DNA from: a virus
Length of the DNA stretch: 64,000 bases
Virus record (IMG/VR): IMGVR_UViG_3300017780_002571
Coordinates: 38,277 to 102,276 of that record
Strand: one strand, 5' to 3'
Both the position numbers and the translations under genes were made by a program. The notes under the pieces were generated by a model that saw only the letters and a program-made list of their open reading frames with translations, was not told the origin of the DNA and searched no databases. Positions within the stretch are counted from its first letter, which is position 1, and the number at the start of each line of letters is the position of its first letter. Below, in pieces: positions 47,740 to 58,726 of this stretch.

Positions 47740-47962
47740 GGCGGCTCCTAATGAACTTTTGCACCAAGTTCTCCATAGGCCCGGGAACCGTGTAGTGCTC
47801 TGGGGCCTTGATGCGGTCATACACCACTTGCCACCCAGAGCGAGGCACCAGTACCTGCAGGACTTGGAAGTCTCCCCGGGCAGGGCGGTGTTCAATGTTT
47901 TGGGTTTCAAGCCACATCTTGAAGGCGTCCAGCTTGGTCTTGTGTAACAGGTTCCGGCTCAT
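47726..47962 (-). CDS. Hypothetical protein
   Basis: Coupled 78-aa ORF. Confidence 0.6.
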   Translation of the reverse strand: MSRNLLHKTKLDAFKMWLETQNIEHRPARGDFQVLQVLVPRSGWQVVYDRIKAPEHYTVPGPMENLVQKFIRSRHADL

Positions 47963-48633
47963 AGTAGTCCCTTGTCTTTCATTTCAATCCTAACTTTCTC
48001 GTAATCCTGCCCAGCCGCCTCACACAGGAGGACAAGGGTTTGGTGCATCTTCTTGCACTCATCCTCCGCCCAGCAAAGCTGAAGCTTGGCACGCTTAGCG
48101 TACTTCAATCGCAGCTTGAGCATTTCGTAGGTGTTCTCATCCGAGATGGTGTCCCAGATATCGTGCCACACAACATCGTACTTCTCCCCGCGTGGTGGGC
48201 GATGCTTGAAGGCGTCTGCATGAACAATCGTCAGCCTACCTGATGCAAGATGGTCCCGGAAGTGAGGGGCTGTGAGGGCGATAACGTCGAGTTCCCGCTC
48301 CACCACTACCACTCTGGTAACTTCAGCCTTATCCATGATGGCGTGGAGCACCATCCCTAGGCCTAGGCCGTTGATCAGGACAACCCCTTTCGCTGCCTTG
48401 ATGAAATCAGAATTGGTCCAAACCTCCATTGGAGTGTTCGACATTACAGTGCCTCGCTTATCATGAATCAATCGCTTGTACTTCCCGGGGACTACGAAGA
48501 ACGCCGGGTCTGTGCCCTTCCTTGCCAGCCTAGCATTGAACATGGCAGCCCCGTGAGGGTCTACCTCGAATGTCTGAATGGCCCAAGGACCGCACCGACC
48601 ATCTGGAGTAGTGACGTTAATTGCACTGAGCAT
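47959..48633 (-). CDS. Class I SAM-dependent methyltransferase (spermidine-synthase-like)
   Basis: VMSNTPME, VLINGLGLGM, VVVVERE, HADAF, YDVVWHDIW. Confidence 0.85.
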   Translation of the reverse strand: MLSAINVTTPDGRCGPWAIQTFEVDPHGAAMFNARLARKGTDPAFFVVPGKYKRLIHDKRGTVMSNTPMEVWTNSDFIKAAKGVVLINGLGLGMVLHAIMDKAEVTRVVVVERELDVIALTAPHFRDHLASGRLTIVHADAFKHRPPRGEKYDVVWHDIWDTISDENTYEMLKLRLKYAKRAKLQLCWAEDECKKMHQTLVLLCEAAGQDYEKVRIEMKDKGLL

Positions 48634-48759
48634 TGTGACCCCCCGACATAGCCGACTTCTCCAAGCACAAAATGAGCACTGCAGTGCCTGTGCCCGTGAA
48701 CAGGCAGAAGACCACTGCCCACAGTAGGACCTTTGCCCCGAGGGATATCTTGCCCCGCA

Positions 48760-50184
48760 TTACCGTACGAGCCCGTAGATCATGACGTACGCCTGACGCT
48801 TTGCGTACTCCCGTTGTTGAGGAGTCACATCCGCCTCGGGCACCATGAAAATCTTGGAAGCCTCCACCTTATAGATGTCAGTCGGCTTGCCGTCTGTCAG
48901 AGAATTTTGAGCCTGCTCCAAGGCTGCAAGGTCAACTTGCACGAGGGGGTGATTAGACATTTCCGCATCCTTCATGTTTTAAATCTTTGCCTATCCGAGG
49001 GATCAGGCCGCCAAATGGCTTTGCCAAGTACTGGCACCCGGTTTTGTGATCCGTGTAGAGGCCCATTCCACTGCGCCCTTCTGCAGGATCAGTATCGTCC
49101 TTTGGCACACAGCGGCCCAAGGCCCACAAGGCTAGTAGTACCAGCAAAACTTTAGTCACAGTAGTCATTCGAAATCCTCCACGAAAATAGGCTCTGCGTT
49201 GGGCACTGCCCGGTATAGGCTTAGCGGTACGCCCCCCAGTATGTTGGACACCTGCCAAGCCCACTTCACGGCGTCGGCCTTGTCGAAGTAGTAGCCGTCA
49301 GCAAAGCAGCTAAAACCACTCACAGGGTAGAACTCCTTATCTCCGTTGCACACAGTCACCTTCCATGCTGGAGACTTGGAGGTGGCGCGGTCCCCACGAG
49401 GGTGGGAAGTCTCCAACACCTTTATGAACACTACAGGCAAGATCATGCTGCCACCTCTTTACGAGTCAAATCCCTAGCGGCATTGGCTGCCCGGGCAACG
49501 CGGAGAGCGTCATTCATCTCTGCCACCTCAATGAGCTGCTTCCAGTACTTGGGCATGCACTTCATGGCAATGGCCGTCTGCTTGGCACTCAGGGTCCGGT
49601 AGGAGTGAGGTCCGCCTAGAAGCTGCAGGGCAAAGCTAGACAGGATGGCGGCATCCACCCCAGTGAAGCCTCGCCCGTTAGCTTCCTTGGTAGTCCCTGC
49701 AGATTGCTCCGCGTCGGTCTGGCGCTTGTAGATGGCTACCACGCCCCGGGCCAATGCCCGTGGGTTTGTCAGGAGCAGCTCTTGGATCATCTCTTTCGAG
49801 TACTTGGATTGTTTCTTGGCCATGTTGCCTCCTAAGCAGGTAATCCGCCGACCACGACAGCCACCAGAGCAGCTACGAAGAGCAGTATGTACATCACCGC
49901 AACCCGGTTGTTGTTGCGCAGTTGCTTCGCTGGGATGTTCAGGCTTGGACGATTCTTCATTTGGACACCTCCCCTTCTACGATTCTTACGGACTTGCATT
50001 TGCCGTAGTTGATAAAACTGATACGCATGGATGTGGCCTCCCAAAGAGAGATGCAATGCACGTACCCAAGTCCATCGTGGTACTCGACCACCACGGTATG
50101 GGTGATCGGATGTTGAAGCACTCCCATAGAACGGTAGTACTCCTCCGAGGTCAGGTTGTGCTCCCGAGGGATTCCGCTGGTCAT
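48760..50184 (-). CDS. Small hypothetical genes (48760-48960, 48953-49168, 49165-49446, 49443-49823, 49957-50184)
   Basis: Coupled ORFs; 49443-49823 has IYKRQT..EQ...NGRGFTGVD; 48953-49168 has a hydrophobic N-terminus and DHKTGCQYL. Confidence 0.6.
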
Positions 50185-50498
50185 AAGCCGGACACCTGCA
50201 CTTCCTGATTCGCCTGCTCCACCTTAGGGGCCTTGGCTTTCTCTTGGAAGTCGATTTCTGCGGCCTCGATCAGTTGCTTGAAGCCGAGGGCACTCAGGTG
50301 CTTGCAAATGGCGCGGGTCTCGCCCACCTTAGCCTTTTGGAATATCCAAGCAGGGCAAGAGCACCGACCATGGGTCATGTCCACCCGATAGGTCTTGCCA
50401 GTCTTGCTGGATTGAGACTTGACTTCAACAATGTCCCAACCGTGAGCGGTAGGAGTGCCGAGGACCCGGCTCAGTGGAGATGATGCGTGAACTTGCAT
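50181..50498 (-). CDS. SWIM zinc-finger protein
   Basis: CSCPAW...CKH. Confidence 0.8.
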   Translation of the reverse strand: MQVHASSPLSRVLGTPTAHGWDIVEVKSQSSKTGKTYRVDMTHGRCSCPAWIFQKAKVGETRAICKHLSALGFKQLIEAAEIDFQEKAKAPKVEQANQEVQVSGL

Positions 50499-50613
50499 GA
50501 TGTGCCCTTTCTTGGCTGGTATAGATTCCGTCTCTATGAGTTAATTATACATCAGATTTTGCCAGTTTGTACAATTTATTTTCTGGTCTAAAAATAAATT
50601 TAGACCCGTACAC

Positions 50614-52560
50614 CTATAGGTCCCCGCTAGAGCTGAAGGTTAGGCCGGGTACGTTGGGAAAGATGCCCATGATCTTCTCCACCTCACAGGTCAAGTTCTG
50701 CATCACTGCGATGGGGTCGATGTCCCCCACAAGCGAATACACATCCTGCTCGGAGATGGCGGCATTCTCCCCTTTGTCGGCCTCCTCGCTCAGCGTAGCA
50801 TTCGGCTGCACAGGCTCAAGGGTCCCCTCCTTGTAGTACGGATGGCTCTTGATCAGTGCTCGGATGTAGCAGTCTCGCAAGTCCCGCATGGTTACCCCTG
50901 CAATCAGAGTAGCCCCACGAATACCTGTGTCCGTATGAGCCTGCCCAGAGTACGGACGGTCCCGGCGCATGTTGTGATCGTGCCAGCCTAGGTCGTGAGC
51001 CACTTGGCCCATTAAGGCCTCGAAGTTGTTTGTAGTGTTTTCCATGTCGTTCAATCCTTAGTGGTTGGTTCAAATTCCCAGCGAAACAGCATGGCGGTCT
51101 GGCCCTTACGAGAGGCCTCCAGAGGCTTGTCAATCGCAATGATGTGGCTCAGGTACCGCCCCGACTTGTCCATGTTGGCGGAATCCTTTGGATGAATGCT
51201 CTTCACCACGCCTTGGTCTCCCGGCTTGTAATGCTTCACCCATGGAAACAGGTTGTTGGTAATCGTCACCCGAGTCCCAATGGGTACAGGTGCCCACCGC
51301 ACCTCCTCGACGTCCAGTAGGCCGGAGTCAACCAGCTTCTGTTGCTGCCGGGGGCTCATAGAGTCGGCTGCAGTCTCGGCAGGCTTAGCCCCGCCAAACT
51401 TCAGGACCACCTTGGGCTTTGGAAGTACCACATCCACCTTAACGGGGTCTGGTACAGGGGTCTTGCGCTTGATAATCAGGGCCATCGTGAGTCCTTGTTG
51501 TTAATGTAAAAAACTGCCCTCTTGAGGGGCCTCTTCTAGCGTCATCCACTCCCCGTCTTCAGGCCCCTTGGAGGCAGCCACGAAATCCACCTTGGACCCT
51601 AAGGACACGGCGATTGCGCGAGACTGGTTCATGGCCTGCCGCACCAAATCGTGAAGCACATCAGCGCTTATCTGAGTGAGCATGTCAGACAGGACGGCTA
51701 TCCGCTGAGGTGGGAACTGAACGTTAGACTCCCGCACCGTCTTCAAGAGCGTATCAATGTAGGAGGTGGTTGGGGCTTGAAGCCCTTCAGCTCGGATGCA
51801 GGCACTCAGGCGCATGAATAGGATGTCGTCCTCGGAGGACAGGTCTGTCATGGCCGTCGAGAAGTACTGAGCCACCCCGGCTACGCCCTCTTGGGCGTAG
51901 GTGTTCCTAGCCGCTAGGTAGATGGCATCGTAAGTGTGCTGACGCTGTGTCGAAGTTTGCATATGGGTCCAGAGTTTTTCAGAATTCTAATGTAGGCTAG
52001 GCTGGTAGGCCTTGCTCTTGCATGTACTTCTTGTAGGCGGCGTAGGTGTCGTTCCACTTCTCTCTCGTGGTCATGGATTCGTAGTTCGGAGACCTGTACT
52101 TTAGGTACGCCTTCTTTGGCACCTGAACGACCTTAGGAGCACTAACTGGGGCTGGAACGGTGTCTAGGAACGGGTCTCCGTAAGAGCCCACATTGAGGTC
52201 CACGTACCAGCCAACGTCGAAGTAGTCTGTCTGGATATCACTGTTGTCGTGGTTCCCAGTATTCAAGGCCTCGTCAATCTTTTGAAACACTGCCAACACA
52301 TCTCCAGAAAATTGAGAATCAATGTAGTGAGTGTTTACCCTCCAATACAAACCCACTTCGGGAGCCTTGTGGCCGTACCCGAATTGCTTAGCCTCAATAG
52401 CCTCCCGGATGTTTCCCAAAATGTCTACGGGGGCCTGACGCAAAGTGAACACAATGGTCGAATGGTTGCGCACCGCCAAGGTGTACTTCCAGCCTGCAGG
52501 AACCACCTTCTTTAAGGCGGCTGCGATAACCGATTTCTTCTCTTGATTCATGTATGCCAT
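50614..52560 (-). CDS. Four hypothetical genes (50614-51054, 51051-51485, 51501-51962, 51997-52560)
   Basis: ORFs with RBSs; 51997-52560 has an NHDNSDIQTDYFDVGWY pattern seen in phage early proteins. Confidence 0.65.
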
Positions 52561-52651
52561 GGTGAGTGCCCTTTCTTGGCTGGTAGAAAATTTATCCTAT
52601 GTAGAGATTATAACATAGGTTTTTCTAGTTTGTACAATTATTTCAGTGCAA

Positions 52652-53685
52652 TTAACTGCAATTTTTACGAGGCTGATCCCACTTGGATGGCAGAGAGGCG
52701 GCCTCAGTCCACGTGCGGCATTGAAGTGCCCTATCAAAGGCTATCAGGCTACGAGTCTTAAATCCCATATCGTCGTGCTCTTTGGAAAGGATGTGCCACC
52801 CTTCGGAAACGTACAGGGCGGCTAGGGTGCGCTCTAAGTGGGTCATGTGGGCTCCCCTTCGGCTTTCGGAGATGGCTTGTCTACCCCCTCCCGGTAGCCC
52901 ATGTACCATGCGGCGTGCTCGTCTGTGCCCTCTGCGTAGGGGTTGGTGTTCTTACGCTGGATGCCCTTCCCCACCCCCTGCTCGTAGGCAGTGGTGATCA
53001 TGAGGAGCTTCAGCTCTGGCAGTCTGAAGGGCGTGGCAGGGTGGTGACCTAGTGGAGGCTTCCAGAGCTCACCCCCATGGTAGGTGTACCCGAGGGCTTT
53101 AAGAGTCTCCTTGGCTGCAACATCCTTCATTGCAGGCGCTGAGGGTGCCTCCCCCATCGGAAGCCAGCCAATGGGCTTGCCATGCCCCTCAGTGAAGCAA
53201 TCATGCGTCCAGTTCCAGCCAGCGAATTGCCACGCATCAATCCCATCATTGTCAAAGCAATTGGTCCCGATAGTCCACACTGGTTCTGAGGTGTCCTCTA
53301 GGGAGTTGTCGCTGAATTCGACAAGCAAACGAAGCACAGTGCTATCGCGTGGAGCCGTTTCAATCGGCTGCCATTGGGGCGAAGGTGCGGACTGCGGTAG
53401 CAGGGCAACAAGGCGCACCACAGCCCTGCGAACGTGTGCAATATCCATCGGGTCTGAGTGCAGGGCCTTACTTAGGGCGAGGGCTGTGATCCGCACCATT
53501 GACCCTGAGAGTGTTGTTAATCCGCAGTTGCAATAAGGCAGACCGCATTGAGCGCAGTTCCTGCTTGGAGGGACTGCCACGGCCTCATTGAGGGCCTTCG
53601 CAATGGGGGTACCATTGCCGCCCACAAAATCACAGAACTGCGCCGCCTGCCCTATCAGGTCAAGGTCAATCAATACTTTGGTCAT
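52652..53685 (-). CDS. Two hypothetical genes (52652-52846; 52843-53685 containing a WQPIETAP DUF551-like module)
   Basis: ATGA coupling; WQPIETAPRD...PIGWLPM. Confidence 0.65.
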
Positions 53686-55391
53686 TTGGCTTCTCCTGTT
53701 GGTGCTTGGGGTGTTGTTGGCGGGTTGGCAGACTCTTGGCACGAGTAGCAGACTGCATACTTCCGCAATGGGACGTTTTTCGGTAGGTCTGTATTACCCA
53801 TAGGGTTGCCGCACTTGGCGCAGTCGTAAGGTGTCTGGAACGCGCTAGAAACCGAGTTGTCGTGCCCGTAGTCAGCCACCTCGTTTGGGCGCTCTACGTT
53901 GTGGGGGTTGTCCTGTTTAGTCGGTGCTGGTGCTTGGGTGGCCAGCCAACGTCCCCTTGGTGTGCATGGTCTGCCGCAGTTTGCATAGTCCTCGCAGCAA
54001 ACTTGTGCTTCAGGTGGCAGTGCTGGTGCTTGTGGTGCTGTGATGAACTTGTGCTGGAGTCCATAGTCAACGGCTGACAACACATGCTCAATAGCCTTGC
54101 GATAGCCTCCACACGGCAGTCCACTGCTTGGGCAAACTCCATTCTCGTCAGCACAATCGCGGCACCCACCGCCGTACTGGGCCACGTACTCAACAATCTC
54201 GGAGGTGTTCAAGACTCCAACAACTTGACATCCGTCCTTGGCCGCCTTCATCATGGCAATTTGGCTGCGCAACGACTGCACTGTCTGCTTGTCGTAGTTC
54301 CATCCGTGCCTTCCCCGCAGGTCGTTGGACAACTCTGGGTGCGTTTCTTCACACGCCACTGCATATGCTTGCAACGCTGCCTTTGCATGCGGGTCGTGGT
54401 CCACGTCCAGCACAAAGTATTCGCAGCCGTGATGCTTGCCACCGGGTGCACTGCTTCCATCGGTGCGGGTGACGATGAATTTGCGAAACAGCCCCTGCGC
54501 CTCTGCTGGCTTGCTGAGGTCTCGCTCTGGTAATCTATTGGTTGCTGGTGCTTGTGGTGCTGCGAGGGGGACCACACAAAGGCCGCGAATTTCATAGGCG
54601 TCGGGAAACTTTGATACCCTCTCTTGCCAACGAGGGAGGTCGATAGGGTCTATGTCGCGCCAGTCGCTCCAGCCTTCCTTGGCATCACTCAAGTCGAACC
54701 AGCGCCCTTGATGCGCAACAGGCTCCACTGGTGCTTGTGGTGCTACAAACAGCTTGCACAATGGATGGTGGTGCTTTGGTCCGCAAAGAGGTCCACCGCA
54801 TGAAAGAGGGATACCCATGCTGTTCGTCTCGCGTGCTGGCTCACTTGCTTGTGGTGTTGCGTTATCGCAGACACCTTGAGCAGAGAAGCATGCAGGGCAC
54901 ATTCGTTCATCTGTGCATTTTTCTTTCTGTGCGTGGCGATAGCCCTCATTCATAAGCACCAACTCACGAGGTGTAAATGGCTCTTCCTTGGGTGCTTGAG
55001 GAGTGCACAGCTTATTCAGGGAGCTGATGGCGGAGTCCACGATGTCCCGGTCTGCCTGTGACCCGTGTATCTCACAAGCCCCATGGGACCCACATAGTAC
55101 GGAGGATAGGGCCTCTACCGCTGCAGGGATTTGAGCAAGCTGGTCTCGGAGGGCTGCGCTCTCTTTCAGGACGTTACTATGAGCATTGGCCAACGCGGCG
55201 TGCATGTCACTTAGGCGCAGGTACTGCACCCGGTAACCAGCTTGCTCAGCTTTGACTCGAAGGGAAGTCTCCTCGGCTAGGCGAATCTGCAGTTGCCGAA
55301 TGCACTGGAGGGCTATATCGAGAAGGTCTAGTTCCTTCTCAGGTTTGCCCCCGGCAAGATAGCCTCTCAGTAGTTCAATTGGATTTTTCAT
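53682..55391 (-). CDS. Mosaic multi-module hypothetical protein (569 aa)
   Basis: Short Cys-rich and other modules separated by PQAP linkers. Confidence 0.7.
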   Translation of the reverse strand: MKNPIELLRGYLAGGKPEKELDLLDIALQCIRQLQIRLAEETSLRVKAEQAGYRVQYLRLSDMHAALANAHSNVLKESAALRDQLAQIPAAVEALSSVLCGSHGACEIHGSQADRDIVDSAISSLNKLCTPQAPKEEPFTPRELVLMNEGYRHAQKEKCTDERMCPACFSAQGVCDNATPQASEPARETNSMGIPLSCGGPLCGPKHHHPLCKLFVAPQAPVEPVAHQGRWFDLSDAKEGWSDWRDIDPIDLPRWQERVSKFPDAYEIRGLCVVPLAAPQAPATNRLPERDLSKPAEAQGLFRKFIVTRTDGSSAPGGKHHGCEYFVLDVDHDPHAKAALQAYAVACEETHPELSNDLRGRHGWNYDKQTVQSLRSQIAMMKAAKDGCQVVGVLNTSEIVEYVAQYGGGCRDCADENGVCPSSGLPCGGYRKAIEHVLSAVDYGLQHKFITAPQAPALPPEAQVCCEDYANCGRPCTPRGRWLATQAPAPTKQDNPHNVERPNEVADYGHDNSVSSAFQTPYDCAKCGNPMGNTDLPKNVPLRKYAVCYSCQESANPPTTPQAPTGEAK

Positions 55392-56693
55392 AAGTCTTTA
55401 CCTCTTCCTTCAATGTTGTCGATAAACAGTTTGAGAGCATGGTACCTCCCGGTAAAGAAGGCCTCCTTGCCAACTTGGTACAGGAACCCCAACGCTATCA
55501 TGGGGAAGCCGATCAGGCCGTACACGAGAATGAAGTACAGCTTCGTCTCAAGGGATGCAGTTTTCTTGATCATGATTTCTCCCCAAGTGCTTTGTAGTGC
55601 CAGAAGATGTGCAAGGAAATTTGCACTCCAGCGATGAGGTACAGGCCTACCACAACCCAAGGGCGAACCCCCTGAAGCTCGGATAGGGACGCGATAATGA
55701 GGAGGCTCCAAGAAGACACGGAGCTCACCACGGCTAGGTATTGGTAATTAGTCATTTGAGCTCTCCCATGGCTTCCACCCTTTAAAAATTGCTGCGACGG
55801 CCACGGCGGCAATGGCTATCCAGAAGCCAAACCACGCGATACCCTCTGCTATGTGCTTTGCTGCTTCTGGAGTCATCCCTGCTCTCCCTTCCTAGTAAAA
55901 ACGCGGCGAACAATTGCACCAGACAAGCAACGTGACGCGCTAAAGTCAACCTCTGCACCATCGGGTTCGTCTTTGAGAAGCTGATCCCAAAATTGAACGA
56001 TGTACTTTGGCAAGCCGTTCTCGTTCATCTTATTGGCGTACTGCCTAATCTCGTCATCAGTAGCATGTACCGACAGTCCAAATTCGTTGGTCATCCCTGT
56101 GACTCCCCTGTAATCCCGTGGGCTGCTTCTACTTCACAGTCACCGTCTTCGCTGACACTGGTGATTCGATAGCGGACAGTTCTGGCAAAGATGCTGGCGC
56201 TCAGTTCATATTCATCACCCACCTTTGCATCTTCACCAAAAAGGTCGTGAATGATCTGCGCATCCGCTGGGTGTTCGTACCAGCTATCGGTGTCGGGTAT
56301 TTGCCAACAAGTGAATTCCGTCTTCGTGGGTGCTGGTGCTTGGGGTGCTGAATTTCGCATGAAGTAATCAGCTATCCATGCCATTCGACCCATATGGGGA
56401 AGGGCAGTAGGGCAAAGAGCAAATGCTCGTTGCATAACGCTTTTCGGTGTCATGTCAGTACAACCCTTGTCGTCGTAAGCAACAGGCTCCGCACCTTTCA
56501 GCGCATCTAGTTCTGCGCGTAGGGCGTCACGTTCTGCCAGTGATTCAGTAACATCGTGGTTGGCTTTCTGCACATACCCATTCAATCGCCCCACCTCTGC
56601 TTGCAGGGCTGCGTAGTCCTCCGCCACCTCGCGCAAAATGGCCTTCCCTAATCCGTGGCAAAACGATTCAAGTCGTTCTATAGCTGTACTCAT
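55388..56693 (-). CDS. Small genes (55388-55573, 55570-55755 membrane proteins; 55873-56094; 56091-56693)
   Basis: Coupled ORFs; two are hydrophobic. Confidence 0.6.
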
Positions 56694-56997
56694 TGGGCTC
56701 TCCTAGGTCGTTAAATTGCATACTCTGCTTGTATTGTAGCAGGTTAGCGGAGTTTGTCAAGTAGTAGGCTCAGCCGGGAGGATGCTCCCGTTTGCAGTTA
56801 ATTGCACTGAGGCCTACCTTCGTGGCCACCCAATAATCAGGACACAGGCCAGTAAGACTAGGAAGAAAATCAATGCGGGGATCATGTGCAACTCCTTGCG
56901 ATAAATACGACCACTGCAAGTACAGCGGTCACTTTGCCTATCGCCACTACCACAGTGGCTACGATACGAATCACGCCTACTACGAACTCTGTTGTGC

Positions 56998-57360
56998 TCA
57001 CACCAACTCCTCTGGTACTTCAACTTCCGCACCCAACTCATGCTCCACGTAGCAGCGCACGGCTGCGATCAGTGTTGTGGGGCCGTAAAACATTGGTACT
57101 GTGTCGTAGTCAGACACCGCGCCTTGCCATGCAACAGGCTGGAGTGCGTCGTTCCAGCCGACATTGATCTTCTCGCGCCAAGTGATCGGGCCACCTTGTG
57201 CCCAGTCGGTGGAGTAGTTGAAGCCATCCTCATAGAAGCCCCAGCTCTGGAACATGGACCGCCAGTAGTAGTCGTCGTGCGGCTGGTTTTTCGTACTCTC
57301 GCACTTCGCCACCAGATAGTTAAGCTGCCGTGGGGTTGCTTCGGATACTTTGATTTTCAT
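56998..57360 (-). CDS. NinX/DUF2591-like protein
   Basis: LNYLVAK...YSTDWAQGGPI...GPTTLIAAVRCYV. Confidence 0.8.
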   Translation of the reverse strand: MKIKVSEATPRQLNYLVAKCESTKNQPHDDYYWRSMFQSWGFYEDGFNYSTDWAQGGPITWREKINVGWNDALQPVAWQGAVSDYDTVPMFYGPTTLIAAVRCYVEHELGAEVEVPEELV

Positions 57361-58125
57361 GACCCCTCCGGTAAATTAACTGACACGACAAAGAACTCTG
57401 GCTTCGTCTTTGATTGTGGGTGTTCGAGTCGCCACTCTGTCTCCGTCCAGCATTTCCAAGCCTCCGCTGAGCTCTCGTCCTTGAAGGGTCGGGATAGGAC
57501 CTTCCATAGCTGTTGCTTGTCGGTGTGGCTGTACGTCCTGACTACATAAAACGCCATGGAACTTTCCTTCACGCGATTCTGGTTATGGTTCGGAAGTCGG
57601 TCTGAATACGCTTACCCCTAGAGAGGGTTAGTACGTGCTTCTCCCAGAACCAACGGTTGTCCATGGTGGACCCTCGAATGGTGTTCCTACTGGTCAGCCA
57701 ATCGGGTGCGTTCTCCGCTGAGAACACCTGAGGTTTTCCCCCACAGAAACGGTGTTGCATAACGAATCGCATCACAGCCCCTCATCAGCCAGTGCTTCGG
57801 CCAAGATCAATAGGAACAGGGAGCGGTGCAACGAATCGCTGTACCCGGAAAAGTCGTAACCAACCTCATCCTGTACCGCGCCCCATACCATGTGAGGAGT
57901 TAGCTGCTTCCCTGTTTCAGCAAACTCAAGCAACGCCGTACTGATCGGCCCGTACTGCAATGCCTCGTCGTCCGAATGGATACGGTAGTCTCGGTACTTC
58001 CGGTTGAGGTTCTGAACCCCCGTCCAAACGCCTGATGGGACCCACGAGGACGAGGCCGTGTCGTACCTTTGGCTCTGGCATTCAATCCTCGCCTCACGGG
58101 CTGCTGCAAATAGTAGTCTGCTCAT
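57357..58125 (-). CDS. Three hypothetical genes (57357-57572, 57569-57775, 57772-58125)
   Basis: Coupled ORFs. Confidence 0.6.
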
Positions 58126-58726
58126 GTCTTGGCCCCCCCAATAACCGCTAATGCTATGGCTTTCTGAGGGGTGTCTCCGAACTCGCAGTCACGGTGGCCA
58201 GCTAACCACCCTCCGACTGCCTTGTAAGGGAAACAGTCATACTTCTCCGCAATCGGGGCGATTGTTGCCCAGTTGCGGTGGTCGAAGACATACCAGCACC
58301 ATTCGTAGTCATCCTTGGACACGATGACTGGGCGGTACACCATGACGCCCCTCTTGCTGGACCTTATGTGCCGTGGCAGGTAGCCAATAGCCAAGGCCAG
58401 TGCCTTGTCGATCTTTGCGTCAGTCATTTTCTCGCTCCTAAGATGACAGCCATAGCGATGGCCTTCTGAGGAGAGTCTGCGCAAACCATAAGGTCCCCTC
58501 TGCGGATAAGCCACCGCTGCCACTTGAAAGGTGTCTCCTCTGGAAACAAGGCATACCGGGCAGCTATTGGGCCGATGACGTTCCAGTCGCAGTAGTCGAA
58601 GGAGCGCCAAGCGTTACCCCAGTCGAACAAACTCTTGAGGTTCACATACACCTTGCCTTTGCTGACGGTTACGTGAGGCCACCCAATCGCCATTGCGAGG
58701 GCTTTGGAAATTTCGAGGTCAGTCAT
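58122..58726 (-). CDS. Tandem paralogues (58122-58427, 58424-58726), NinX/DUF2591-like
   Basis: Both read MTD..I.KALA.AIG...FD...W..I.PIA..Y..FP...D.PQKAIA.AVI.GA. Confidence 0.75.
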
